A DNA stretch of 64,000 bases from a virus: IMG/VR virus record IMGVR_UViG_3300045988_146009, positions 1 to 64,000 of that record, one strand, 5' to 3'. Shown here in pieces: positions 46,155-55,996 of the stretch. The notes under the pieces were generated by a model that saw nothing but the letters and a program-made list of their open reading frames with translations, did no database searches and was not told where the DNA came from. Numbering within the stretch: the first letter of the stretch is position 1; each line of letters begins with the position of its first letter. The translations under genes and the position numbers were made by a program.

Positions 46155-48440
46155 ATGCAATACTCCACGTCTCCCGATAATCCCAGTTATGGGACAGCCA
46201 TGGTCTCTGTAATTGACCAGCAAGGAAACTTCCTAAAGCTTCGTGTTCCTAATGCTGTGATTGCACGAGGATTATACATGAATGCGTTGAGAGCCGATTT
46301 GGAGTCCCGGAGCAACCGCAACACCGCCCAGGAAGAACTGGACGGTGTTGCCCCCTTCGACGATGCCACTCTACAGGCATTAGGACAGTCTAACCGTACC
46401 AACAATAACTTTAGGTACATGAGGCTATTCCATAGTAAGGTAATGGCGGCTCTGAACGACACCATTGAATCGACTCCCTATCTTCTCTCCGTGAGAACGA
46501 AGGCTGGAAACAAGCAAGCCCAGGTAAGATATTCCGAGAGGCTTTCCTTCCACCTTACCAAACTCATTAGGAACATGGAAGGATACCATAGCATCATGAA
46601 CTACCTGCTTCACAATTTCGCGTATCACGGGTTTGCCGCCGCTTACTTCGATGATAAGGATACGTGGTATTGGAATGCGGGGGGACTTGATGACTTCGCT
46701 TTTGAACGAAAGACTAAGCCAGACCCCAAGACGATTGAAATCGTTTTTGCCAGCCGGACCCTTCGGGTTCACGAACTCTTGGATTTTATCCGAGATAAAG
46801 AAACGGCCAAGATGGCAGGGTGGAATCCGGAAGTAGTCGAACAGGTTTGCAAGACAGCCTCTTATTCTCTTCCGAACTATCTCAAGAGTGAAACAACTAT
46901 TGAGACAATGGAGAAGAATGGAGACCTTACCATGGCTGACATGACTGGGACGAGCATTCCCATTGTTCACGCATGGATTAAGGAATTTGATGGAACTGTT
47001 ACCCATGCTGTGTTTTATGAAATGAACCAGCAAACTCCCAACTCTTCTCAAGATTCTTCTTTTGAAGTGAAGGAAGATATTGTAAATGAGTTCCTCTACA
47101 TGAAAGAGAAGGCATATGACAGCATGGAACAGGCATTCGTTATGTTCCCCTATGGGACCAGCACGAACGGGTTTATTCACAGCCTCCGAGGATTTGGTAA
47201 TGACATTCTCCCTCAGACTAAGGTAGCTAACAAGCTGACCTGCGTAGGTGTGGATGCCGCTATGCAGAACCTTTCCATCACTCTCCAAGCAACCAATGAA
47301 GCCGCAAGGCTGGATGCCGCGGTGAACCCTATTGGGAACTACACCATCATTGATGGCAACTTTCAAATATCCAACTCCGCCAATGTAGATATTCCCAAAG
47401 GTATGGGCGGAATCATGGACATGATGCAGTCCTCCATCCGGGATTATCTCGGTGAGATTGACACCCAGGCCGATGGAAGTATGGGTAAGACCCAGTTTGA
47501 AACAGAAGTCATGCTGGGTAACGCCACCCGCCTTGCTCACCGGGTTCAAGCTCGCTTGATGGAGTGCCTCACTAAATTGTTCCGCGAGATTGTGAGACGA
47601 GTAATTTCCCCCGAACTTGACGAGCACGTAAAAGGATATGAAGAAGTCAAGGCTATGATTGAAGACCTGGACTACGAAGGGGTCCCCATCGAAGCTCTAC
47701 GTGCTATTGACCCGCGGTACACCATTGCTACTCCTGCCATTGGGGATGGTTCTCCTGTACGACGAAAGCTGATGTTGAATGACATGTTCAAATACATGCA
47801 GTTTCTTCCCAAGTCTGGTCAGGACAACCTCATGCGAATGATAACGGTTGAGAACATGACTCCATTCCTGGGCGACCTAGTTTATCCCGAACCCGGTTCT
47901 GAGTTTGGTCAACCGAACGTCGAGGCTATTGCCGCCATGCAGAACAATCAAATGATTCAAGGGATGGAAGTTCCCGTATTACCCAACGAAGACCACAGGG
48001 TACACGCGGATGTTCACGCCAACGAAATCCTTGTACTCATTCCTGAACAGGAACTTACCAAGGAACAGATGGCGGAACTCGCCCCCACTCTTGAAATCCT
48101 CGCATCACACTTGCAGGAACACATGCAGTATCTTGCTGTGAAGAAGGAAATCATTCCTGAATACGCACAGTATGAAAAGCTTCTGCGTAGGTGTAATGAA
48201 ATCATTACTAACGGAATGCGAGCCTTAGAAGCTATGGAGCGGGAAGAAGGGGGTGCCCCAGGTGAACAACAGCCGGGTGAACCTACCGAAGACCAGATTG
48301 CCATGATGAAAGCACAAGCCGAAGAAGAAAGAAAGAATGCGGCTTTTCAGGCAGAACAAGGTAGACTCGACAGGGAATCTACAGCGGAGATAGCTCGAAA
48401 GAGCGCGGAAGCGGCAGAAAAAATTATCTCTGGACTATAA
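46155..48440 (+). CDS. Putative portal protein (761 aa)
   Basis: The call rests on size and position: after terminase, and before the scaffold-like and capsid-like genes. No motif was verified. A 400-aa antisense ORF is rejected. Confidence 0.5.
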   Translation: MQYSTSPDNPSYGTAMVSVIDQQGNFLKLRVPNAVIARGLYMNALRADLESRSNRNTAQEELDGVAPFDDATLQALGQSNRTNNNFRYMRLFHSKVMAALNDTIESTPYLLSVRTKAGNKQAQVRYSERLSFHLTKLIRNMEGYHSIMNYLLHNFAYHGFAAAYFDDKDTWYWNAGGLDDFAFERKTKPDPKTIEIVFASRTLRVHELLDFIRDKETAKMAGWNPEVVEQVCKTASYSLPNYLKSETTIETMEKNGDLTMADMTGTSIPIVHAWIKEFDGTVTHAVFYEMNQQTPNSSQDSSFEVKEDIVNEFLYMKEKAYDSMEQAFVMFPYGTSTNGFIHSLRGFGNDILPQTKVANKLTCVGVDAAMQNLSITLQATNEAARLDAAVNPIGNYTIIDGNFQISNSANVDIPKGMGGIMDMMQSSIRDYLGEIDTQADGSMGKTQFETEVMLGNATRLAHRVQARLMECLTKLFREIVRRVISPELDEHVKGYEEVKAMIEDLDYEGVPIEALRAIDPRYTIATPAIGDGSPVRRKLMLNDMFKYMQFLPKSGQDNLMRMITVENMTPFLGDLVYPEPGSEFGQPNVEAIAAMQNNQMIQGMEVPVLPNEDHRVHADVHANEILVLIPEQELTKEQMAELAPTLEILASHLQEHMQYLAVKKEIIPEYAQYEKLLRRCNEIITNGMRALEAMEREEGGAPGEQQPGEPTEDQIAMMKAQAEEERKNAAFQAEQGRLDRESTAEIARKSAEAAEKIISGL

Positions 48441-48443
48441 TAA

Positions 48444-48767
48444 ATGAGAAGACCATTAGAAAGAAAAGAAGACTTCCGTAGAGACGAGGTGAAGGTCAAT
48501 GAATTGCATCGACTTTTACAGAGCCCCGTCATGAGAGAAGCCATCGACCTAATCCATGATTTGGCCTGCCCCACTACGGTGGCAGGTTCCATGGAAGTAG
48601 CGGCACTCCAAGGAAGCTATTATGCAGGATGCAATTTTGCAATAAATACCTTGCTTGAGTTAACAAGTTTGGATATGCTATCCAATACCTCAACCACCAA
48701 AACCCCTATACAAGACCCTCTCTTAGATAAGATTGAGAGGATTAGAGCATTCAATTCTAGACCTTAA
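48444..48767 (+). CDS. Hypothetical protein (107 aa)
   Basis: ORF only. Confidence 0.5.
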   Translation: MRRPLERKEDFRRDEVKVNELHRLLQSPVMREAIDLIHDLACPTTVAGSMEVAALQGSYYAGCNFAINTLLELTSLDMLSNTSTTKTPIQDPLLDKIERIRAFNSRP

Positions 48768-48772
48768 TTCAC

Positions 48773-49933
48773 ATGAGCGACGTAGTAATCATTCCCTCCA
48801 ACGAAGTACCTATCCCCACCAATGGTGGAAGCGATAACCTCCTCTCCAACCTGATGGAACAGGCCGCAGGGACCGTGGTATCAGACCCCACGCCTTCACC
48901 TCAGTCAACTCCAGCCCCAGCTCCGGCCCCACAGGATTCTCCAGAACCAGCTCCTGTTGAAACTATTGAGGACAACACTCTTCCCGAAGACGAAGAGAAT
49001 CCTTCCCCTGAAAACGAACCAACGGAACCTAAGGTAGAAGAGGATAAGCCTCGTGGACAACATCAGAGTGCCGCGGCGGGGAAAAGGTTCGCTGAGATGC
49101 GTGTTCAACTTCGTGAGCAGACGAAGACCATATCTGAACTGACATCCAAGCTCGAAGCACTTAAAGAGAACCCCCCTGCTTCCGAAGACGTAACTAATCT
49201 GAAAAAGGAAGTAGAAACCTACAAGGGGGTCCTCAATGCGTTTGCCTATCAAACTTCGGACCAGTATAAAACCGAAGTGTCCCAACCGTTCGAAAAAGCC
49301 TCAACGGCTATATCGTCCCTTGCCCCCTCAGTCACCCAGGATGCCTTGAATGAGGTAGCCCTGAATGGGGACCTGGATGACTTTGACCGGGAGAATGCCT
49401 ATGAAGAGATTGCTACCGAAGCGGGCTTACAGGCCAATGAGATTAGCAAGTTCGTCAGGCTCGCCAAGGTACGTGATGCCGCTATCGCTAAGGCTACCGA
49501 GTTCAAAGAGAAAGCTGATACCTTCCGTGAGAAATTCCTTTCCGAGATTAAGGGAGACGGAAAGTACGAAGTGGACTTAACGAACTATACGAACGATGCG
49601 TTCAAAGCGGAAGCTGAAAGCTTTGGTCTCAAACTGGACGACGAGGGTTTGTCAGAAATCGTGAAACAAGGTAGGCACCTTGCTCATAAAATTGACAACG
49701 CTTCCTTTATGAAAGCGGCCATCCTTCCGAAAGTTGTGGACGCATTGGAAGATGCCCGTTCAGAGATTGCAGAACTCAACAAAAAGATTGCAAAGCTCAG
49801 AGCATCAAATCCTTCTGCTACAAAGGGGGTCTCCTCTAATACGGCCCCCGCTCCAGCGAAGGCACCTGAGAGCAAGAGTCCTAGAAGTGTTGAAGACCTA
49901 TTTGGTGAAGCAATGAAAATGTCGGGGTTTTAA
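48773..49933 (+). CDS. Putative scaffolding/head-assembly protein (386 aa), Pro/Glu-rich N-terminus and coiled-coil-rich body
   Basis: Composition and position, immediately upstream of the capsid gene. Confidence 0.45.
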   Translation: MSDVVIIPSNEVPIPTNGGSDNLLSNLMEQAAGTVVSDPTPSPQSTPAPAPAPQDSPEPAPVETIEDNTLPEDEENPSPENEPTEPKVEEDKPRGQHQSAAAGKRFAEMRVQLREQTKTISELTSKLEALKENPPASEDVTNLKKEVETYKGVLNAFAYQTSDQYKTEVSQPFEKASTAISSLAPSVTQDALNEVALNGDLDDFDRENAYEEIATEAGLQANEISKFVRLAKVRDAAIAKATEFKEKADTFREKFLSEIKGDGKYEVDLTNYTNDAFKAEAESFGLKLDDEGLSEIVKQGRHLAHKIDNASFMKAAILPKVVDALEDARSEIAELNKKIAKLRASNPSATKGVSSNTAPAPAKAPESKSPRSVEDLFGEAMKMSGF

Positions 49934-49964
49934 AATAGCTTGACATAATCAACCTAAAAAGTGT

Positions 49965-50012
49965 AAAGAAGGTACATCAATTAACGATGTACCTTCTTTT
50001 GCTTTTCATCGT
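49965..50012 (+). terminator. Strong intrinsic terminator (14-bp perfect stem AAAGAAGGTACATC, 7-nt loop, T-run)
   Basis: Read directly, between the scaffold-like and capsid genes. Confidence 0.75.
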
Positions 50013-50143
50013 TGGCAAAACTTTTATCTAGTAGGAGCACCCGGTTTCCCTACGGCCACCAGACAGACAACATTAAGTAGTTAAATCTACCCTGGCCTTG
50101 ACAAAGCCAGACAAAACAAACCTTATTTTTTCTATCTATTTTT

Positions 50144-51418
50144 ATGGCTACTCCTACTAACCCCTCCGAAATCGCCGCAGGGGATACCATCATGGTAAAT
50201 ATGAGCAACCTCCTGAAAAAGGAGATGTTCAAAACTCAAGTCCGTATTTCTCCCTGGAACAGTCAGATGGTCCAGCAGATTGCGTGGGAAGACGGCGTGG
50301 GTGATACGGGCCGAGTCAACGTGTTCGGTGCGTCCTTCCTCCCGGCTCAGTGGAATCCGGTAACTCTCCAGTCCACCTCCTACGACCCTGGTCTCCAGGT
50401 GAACGAAGTTGGTTCTACGGAATACTCCTTCTCCCGCGACATCACGATGCTGGCCTCTCAGAAGATTGACGTGACTCGTCTCCGTCAGTCCTGGCAAGCT
50501 CGTCAACAGGCTGTTGCCATCGCGGAAGGTCTTGCCTCCATGGTGGGTTACAACTGGTCTGTGCGTTACCGTGACAACTATTCCTCCTGCGCCACCTACA
50601 AGCTGGTGCTGACCGCTAACGGCATTGTTGGCCTGGACGCTATTACGTCCGATATTACCTCCTTCCCGGAAGTCCAGCCCGAAGCGGCCCTGAACTCCGC
50701 GGTCATGGACATGGTTTACAACGATGTTCTCCAATTTGAAGGCGCGTTTGAATCTGCTGATGGTATGACCAATGGTGCTCCGGTGTTCACGGTTATGGCC
50801 TCTCGTAACACGATTGACTTCATTACCCGTGGCTCCGACGTTTCCCATAACGACTGGCGATGGGCTGAGGCAACCTACGGCGAAAAGTCCTTCCTCATGA
50901 ACCAGCTTGGTGCAAAGAAGGCTTACAAGAACTTCATGTATGTTCTTGACTCTCTCGCCCCGCGTTACACCTTTGATGCCACGAAGCCCGCTGGCCAGAA
51001 GTGGATTCGCGTTGAACCCTATATCCTGGTCCCCACCACGAACGGCACCCGTGCTATTCAGAACCCGGCTTACCGTGACGCTCCCTTCGAAGACACCATC
51101 GTGTTCGTGAAGGACGTGTTCAAGTCCATGGTGGTCAACCCGTACACGGGCGATGACCGAGCCACGTTCAATCCGCAGACCTTCTCCGGTGAACTGGAAT
51201 GGGTAAACAACCGAGACATGGATAAGAACTACCTTGGCACTCAGGGCCTGTTCATTGCTTCCCTGTCCAATGGTGTGATGCCCGTCAAGCCCCGTCATGG
51301 CGTTGTGATTCGTCACGTTCGCGCCCTGGCTAACGCTGAACTGGTGGACGCTAACGGCAATCCGATTGGCTCCCTGGCTTCCACGCCCGCTGTTGCTCTG
51401 ACCGCTAACGGCCTGTAA
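50144..51418 (+). CDS. Putative major capsid protein (424 aa)
   Basis: Position after the scaffold-like gene, size, and the strongest GC3/CTG/CGT codon bias in the window, which suggests high expression. A 436-aa antisense ORF is rejected. Fold not verified. Confidence 0.55.
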   Translation: MATPTNPSEIAAGDTIMVNMSNLLKKEMFKTQVRISPWNSQMVQQIAWEDGVGDTGRVNVFGASFLPAQWNPVTLQSTSYDPGLQVNEVGSTEYSFSRDITMLASQKIDVTRLRQSWQARQQAVAIAEGLASMVGYNWSVRYRDNYSSCATYKLVLTANGIVGLDAITSDITSFPEVQPEAALNSAVMDMVYNDVLQFEGAFESADGMTNGAPVFTVMASRNTIDFITRGSDVSHNDWRWAEATYGEKSFLMNQLGAKKAYKNFMYVLDSLAPRYTFDATKPAGQKWIRVEPYILVPTTNGTRAIQNPAYRDAPFEDTIVFVKDVFKSMVVNPYTGDDRATFNPQTFSGELEWVNNRDMDKNYLGTQGLFIASLSNGVMPVKPRHGVVIRHVRALANAELVDANGNPIGSLASTPAVALTANGL

Positions 51419-51425
51419 TCTAACC

Positions 51426-51470
51426 GGGGGTAGGGAATACACTTAGTATCCCTACCCCCATTCTCTTTTA
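51426..51470 (+). terminator. Intrinsic terminator (11-bp perfect stem GGGGGTAGGGA/TCCCTACCCCC)
   Basis: Read directly, then ATTCTCTTTTA. Confidence 0.6.
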
Positions 51471-51478
51471 AGAACACA

Positions 51479-51742
51479 ATGAAGATTCCTTTTAATGTAG
51501 ACAGCTTCCCGGATGCAAAGCCGGGTGACATCGTTGACCTCGTAGCCTCTGGTGTTGTGAGCGACGACGGGAAGGTCATCAAGATTACCTCCATTGAAGA
51601 TACGGAGATTGACGAGGATGACGATGAAGATGACGAGGAAGGCAAGGGCAAAGAAACCGAAGAAGTAACGGAAGAAACCGAAACGACTGGCTCCCCTGCT
51701 GACCTCTCTATGGCTATGGAACAATTCGCAAAACAGGCTTAA
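51479..51742 (+). CDS. Small acidic protein (87 aa) with a D/E-rich tract. Possible head decoration or assembly factor.
   Basis: ORF with the tract DEDDDEDDEEGKGKETEEVTEETE. Confidence 0.5.
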   Translation: MKIPFNVDSFPDAKPGDIVDLVASGVVSDDGKVIKITSIEDTEIDEDDDEDDEEGKGKETEEVTEETETTGSPADLSMAMEQFAKQA

Positions 51743-51746
51743 CACC

Positions 51747-52355
51747 ATGTCAAATCAAGTTGTACCCCCTTATCCCAGTGAAGTAACAACCGTTACTCTC
51801 GCTCAAGCTCAGGCTGGAATTCAGATTGCGGTTAATCAACCTGTTTCTATTACCGGGTTGACCGCCAATACCCGGTATCGAGTCACCTGTATTACCGACA
51901 AACACAGTACTATCAAAGTAGCTACCGATGGGTCCACTGTAGCCGATGGACAGATTAGCGGCATTCCCGCTTACATTTCTCCCGCCGCAACTACGGCCAC
52001 CATTACTGTAACCACGTTCGCTACTACGGTCGCCACGTTAACGGTGGAAGCCGCTCCTATTGCCGCCCCAACAGACGTAACCCTCCCCTCCCTTCTTACC
52101 CCCAATGTAAGGTATAAAGTCACTGGTGCTCCAGGTGCCAACGTTCCTTTCATACTTTCTTTGAAGGCACCCTCCGTGGTTTCCCTTTTTGTGTCATACC
52201 TTTCCTCTGATGGGAGTGTGGTATTCAGGGATGTTGTCATTGGTATGAATGAGTTACGAAATTTAACGAACCTCGGCAAGGGGGACATCCTCCTCTATGT
52301 TGATGGAGACAGTCAGGCCGAAGTGAATTTTTCCTTTACACCTGCCGCTCCGTAA
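51747..52355 (+). CDS. Virion protein with Ig-like/beta-sandwich repeat modules (202 aa)
   Basis: Thr/Val/Ala-rich beta-strand patterns (TATITVTTFATTVATLTVEAAP). Repeats are shared with the next gene. Confidence 0.55.
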   Translation: MSNQVVPPYPSEVTTVTLAQAQAGIQIAVNQPVSITGLTANTRYRVTCITDKHSTIKVATDGSTVADGQISGIPAYISPAATTATITVTTFATTVATLTVEAAPIAAPTDVTLPSLLTPNVRYKVTGAPGANVPFILSLKAPSVVSLFVSYLSSDGSVVFRDVVIGMNELRNLTNLGKGDILLYVDGDSQAEVNFSFTPAAP

Positions 52356-52386
52356 TATACTATAACATCAATTCTTTTACTGAAAA

Positions 52387-53334
52387 ATGACTGCCATTCC
52401 TATTCCAGCTACTGACGTTACCCTCCAGGCGGGGGTAACGTATCAGCTTACAGGTCTTACGGCCTCCACAAAGTACACCCTAACAGTATCTTCGGACAAG
52501 TTCTGCGAAGTCCTGGTAACTACCGACGTTAACGAGAATCCTACCGTTCTTGCTCAGGGCCAGCTCTACAACGCTCCGTTTACTTTCACCGAACCTGCGG
52601 CTCAGACAACCGCTCGTATCACGGTATATGCCCCCACTGGTGCCAACCTGAAACTTACGGGCGCGGCCACCCCGGCAACTCCCGCCGCAGTTGAGCTGGT
52701 TTCCCCCGCTCTCCCTAATACGGCTTACAAGAAGACGGGACTCACCGTAGGTAAAACCTACGTCGTACAGATTAGCGGGAACACCCCTAGCTGTGTTGGT
52801 CTTGGTTGGGAGGGAGGTACGGAACTCGAACCGCTCATTGCTACCAATGGCAAGGCTATTATTGTGGCCGAAGCTACCCAGCTAAATCTTTGGCTGGACA
52901 GTGCGGAATCTGCCACCATTACTGTAACGGAAGCCACGTCTCTTCCCCCGTGTTATATCCCAACCGTAACCGTTGATTTAGCTGAGGCCACCAAGGTAGT
53001 ATCCCTGCCCGCTGGCTCCCCTGCTGGATTATACAGGGTGGATATTTCTGTGGATGATAAATCCGCAACGGCTCATGACTCCACCATTACCGCAACTCCT
53101 ACAAATTCTATCTTATTGAATTCTGTATTGGGCTATGCTGACGCAGGGGGCTACATGGCTCCTTCCACTCTTGCCGCTGGAGTAATTTCTGGAGTGAGCG
53201 ACATGAAGGGTAGCCTCGTTATTACCTCTCCGTATCAAGCCCAGGCAACTACGGTACTCACCTATAAGCCTGCAACGGGTGCAACAGGTTGGAGCGGTAA
53301 AGCGATTGTGTCTTACCTCGGTCCGATTTCCTAA
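52387..53334 (+). CDS. Virion or tail-associated protein with repeated Ig-like modules (315 aa)
   Basis: TDVTLQAGVTYQLTGLTASTKYTLT, TARITVYAPTGANLKLTGAATPATPAAV and ESATITVTEATSLPP are internal repeats similar to those in the gene at 51747. Confidence 0.55.
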   Translation: MTAIPIPATDVTLQAGVTYQLTGLTASTKYTLTVSSDKFCEVLVTTDVNENPTVLAQGQLYNAPFTFTEPAAQTTARITVYAPTGANLKLTGAATPATPAAVELVSPALPNTAYKKTGLTVGKTYVVQISGNTPSCVGLGWEGGTELEPLIATNGKAIIVAEATQLNLWLDSAESATITVTEATSLPPCYIPTVTVDLAEATKVVSLPAGSPAGLYRVDISVDDKSATAHDSTITATPTNSILLNSVLGYADAGGYMAPSTLAAGVISGVSDMKGSLVITSPYQAQATTVLTYKPATGATGWSGKAIVSYLGPIS

Positions 53335-53343
53335 AACAAAAAA

Positions 53344-53380
53344 AGGGTAGGAGCTAACACCTCCTACCCTAAACCTTTCT
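53344..53380 (+). terminator. Hairpin terminator GGGTAGGA/TCCTACCC, related in sequence to the one at 51426
   Basis: Read directly. An A-run lies upstream and TAAACCTTTCTTC downstream. Confidence 0.5.
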
Positions 53381-53389
53381 TCAAAATCT

Positions 53390-55459
53390 ATGGCATTTAC
53401 GATTCAACCTTACACTTTAGGGGACCCTATTACGCCGAATACGACATATAGCCTCCCCTCGCTGACACATTCTGCCGCGGCCCTAACTTCTACATATCCG
53501 AAGGTAGTCCTTGAAGTGGTTACAAAGGCCCCTGCGGATGATGCGTGGAGTAATATCCTTCCTATTGACTACCTCGTTAATGGCGAAGTCTGTGGAACCA
53601 TGCTTGATTTAACCGCAGGTACTAGTCAAATCCTATATTTCCGAGTACCTGTTACTGACCCCGCTGTTAAATACGCCACCCTAAAGCTCGATACGCTCGG
53701 CTTCAACTATCCGGACGTAGAGGAAATTAAGACCTATGAGGACGCTTCGGGCGCAACGAGCGGGTACTGGGATATTACCTCCCTCGTAGAAAAGGGAAGC
53801 GTTCATACTCTCAGCGTGGTACAGGCCAACCTCGGCGTATCAGACCCAAACATTACCCAACCAGTCATCAATATCCTCGGTGTAGGTGCTGACTCGAATG
53901 TCCGTTCAGTAATGAGAGAGGGTCAGCAAGGCCCCGCTCAGTTTCCCTTCCTCCCCGATAGCCTGAGAACGGTGGTTCATCTATCTGCTCCGGAAGGATT
54001 TACTTATAAGTTTACTGTTCAGAAGGTAAATTTTGGTGGAGCATCTGGCGGATTTGACCCCACGCAAGATGCTGATATTACTGGGACTTGGAGTTTCAGT
54101 AAGGTATCGGGGTTAACGATGAATAACGAGGCACCTATCATTTTAGGACAGGGGGTTAATGCAGTAAAAATCCATGGTTCTGGAACAGGGCCCGCAGTTA
54201 TTGAGGGTAGTAATTCCAGTTCTCTCAGCATTGCAATTCCTATTAGTACTCAGGAAACAGTAACCGCCCATGATGGTATATCCTTTGATAGTAGCACTAT
54301 CACTACAGAGAAGAACTTACTCCTTTTTGTAGGACCCTCTTCCACAATGAGATTAGCTCAGTCCGCGGACGGCAACCTCCATGTTGGACCCTTACCTCGA
54401 GGGGGACTAAGCGTGGGGACGACAGGGGTTTGCGCTTTCTCTTCCTATGTTTATTTTAAAGGAGCGACCTTCGAACAGGGGGTTACTTTAGGAAGCACCA
54501 TGACTGTAGCAGGTGCCGCCACCTTCTCTAGTGGGATTCAAACCCCCGCAACAGCGGTGTCTTATTTTGGACCACTTACCCAGGTTCAAGGGACTAGCGA
54601 TGGTGGACTCAACATTACGGGGGGTATAGATAAAAAGTTGACGACGAACTTGGCTATCGACCCCGCGGGTGGTATCAATTACGTGATTGTAGGAGGCAGT
54701 AGCACTGCTCAAACTCTCTGCACCATGTACCACCCTACCTTGGACTCCTATGGTTGTAAGTGGACCTATACAGCCAACAACGGCTACTATCAGCTTCGCC
54801 ACAAGAACGGTACAGCCTGGATGACTTTCGACCCGACAGGAGATGTATTCTTTTCTCAGACCATTGACGTAACAGGGGCTTCCGTTTTTAAGGCGGGCGT
54901 GACGATGAATCAGACCCTTACTGTTGCCGGAGGTTCTATTTTAAGTGGGGGAATCACGTTTAAGACAGGGTTCCAAACCATAGTGGGGCAACGTACCCCG
55001 GTGGCAGTAACTTTCCAGCCTGCCAATGAGGGTCAGATGGAAGATATTCAGCTACAGACGGATGCTGGAGGGGCTTATATTAGACTAAGCCGTACTACCT
55101 TCTATATGGGAAGTACAACCCCCGATGCTAATGATGTGCTCAATGTATCTGAAATGGACCTGCGGTACATGCAAAAACCTGCGAACGATGCACCTATGAT
55201 ATTTCCGGGGGAGCTACAGGTTGCTGGCCTTGTACAAGCTCAGAACCTGCGAGCCACCAGCGGTATCAACAAGAATAACCAGCCTATAGCAAACCTGACG
55301 GACATGTCGGTGCTGAACCGGAGTGAAAATGATGACAGATATTGCAAGTTCGTTTCATTGACGTCTGCTCAGTATACGGATTTGGCCACAAAAGACCCCA
55401 CTACCCTATACCGAATTACTGACAGCAATCTCGTGTACCTGGGAACCATTCAACTCTAA
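53390..55459 (+). CDS. Putative tail fibre or receptor-binding protein (689 aa)
   Basis: Gly/Thr/Ser-rich beta-type composition, position within the tail module, and a hydrophobic C-terminal region typical of fibre tips. Confidence 0.55.
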   Translation: MAFTIQPYTLGDPITPNTTYSLPSLTHSAAALTSTYPKVVLEVVTKAPADDAWSNILPIDYLVNGEVCGTMLDLTAGTSQILYFRVPVTDPAVKYATLKLDTLGFNYPDVEEIKTYEDASGATSGYWDITSLVEKGSVHTLSVVQANLGVSDPNITQPVINILGVGADSNVRSVMREGQQGPAQFPFLPDSLRTVVHLSAPEGFTYKFTVQKVNFGGASGGFDPTQDADITGTWSFSKVSGLTMNNEAPIILGQGVNAVKIHGSGTGPAVIEGSNSSSLSIAIPISTQETVTAHDGISFDSSTITTEKNLLLFVGPSSTMRLAQSADGNLHVGPLPRGGLSVGTTGVCAFSSYVYFKGATFEQGVTLGSTMTVAGAATFSSGIQTPATAVSYFGPLTQVQGTSDGGLNITGGIDKKLTTNLAIDPAGGINYVIVGGSSTAQTLCTMYHPTLDSYGCKWTYTANNGYYQLRHKNGTAWMTFDPTGDVFFSQTIDVTGASVFKAGVTMNQTLTVAGGSILSGGITFKTGFQTIVGQRTPVAVTFQPANEGQMEDIQLQTDAGGAYIRLSRTTFYMGSTTPDANDVLNVSEMDLRYMQKPANDAPMIFPGELQVAGLVQAQNLRATSGINKNNQPIANLTDMSVLNRSENDDRYCKFVSLTSAQYTDLATKDPTTLYRITDSNLVYLGTIQL

Positions 55460-55474
55460 CATTTCACAACTACT

Positions 55475-55852
55475 ATGTTCATTCATATCCAATACCATCT
55501 GAACGAAGAAAGAAAATTTCTCCCCATGGAAGGGACTATTTCTTTCGTAGGTCCGAAATCTGATAACTGGGCCTATTCCTCCTCCATGAGTCTCAAGGAC
55601 CTCCCTGCCAAACAACTCGCAGTTTATCAGGGAATTACAACCCTCATTCAAAGTGGAAGTCAACCTTGGGTAGCCTCTCAGATTCATGCTTTCCCCACCG
55701 CTACAGCGACTGGGGCTAAAGCTGTTAGCCTACATATTGAGGCCATCCATGATACCACGAATGCTATCCGTGTTTTCACACCCAAGGAAGACCCCAATCT
55801 CCTGGTGGAAGGAGACGAAGCATATTCGTTCTTTGATTATTTTACTAAGTAA
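55475..55852 (+). CDS. Hypothetical protein (125 aa)
   Basis: ORF only. Confidence 0.5.
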   Translation: MFIHIQYHLNEERKFLPMEGTISFVGPKSDNWAYSSSMSLKDLPAKQLAVYQGITTLIQSGSQPWVASQIHAFPTATATGAKAVSLHIEAIHDTTNAIRVFTPKEDPNLLVEGDEAYSFFDYFTK

Positions 55853-55863
55853 ACATTATGAAA

Positions 55864-55893
55864 AAAGGCAAAGGCAAAGGCAAAGGAAAGGGT
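55864..55893 (+). repeat. Hexanucleotide tandem repeat (AAAGGC)n inside a 17-codon micro-ORF (55858..55911, MKKGKGKGKGKGKGCGK)
   Basis: Read directly. Confidence 0.6.
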
Positions 55894-55931
55894 AAGGGTT
55901 GCGGTAAGTAATCCGACCTTATAAAAATTCA

Positions 55932-55972
55932 GCAACCCCGCTTTGTATGACACAGAGCGGGGTTGCTTTTTA
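55932..55972 (+). terminator. Intrinsic terminator whose loop carries TTGTATGACACAG
   Basis: GCAACCCCGCT...AGCGGGGTTGC, an 11-bp stem, then TTTTTAT. Confidence 0.6.
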
Positions 55973-55996
55973 TCTATATTGCATTATCCTCAAACC

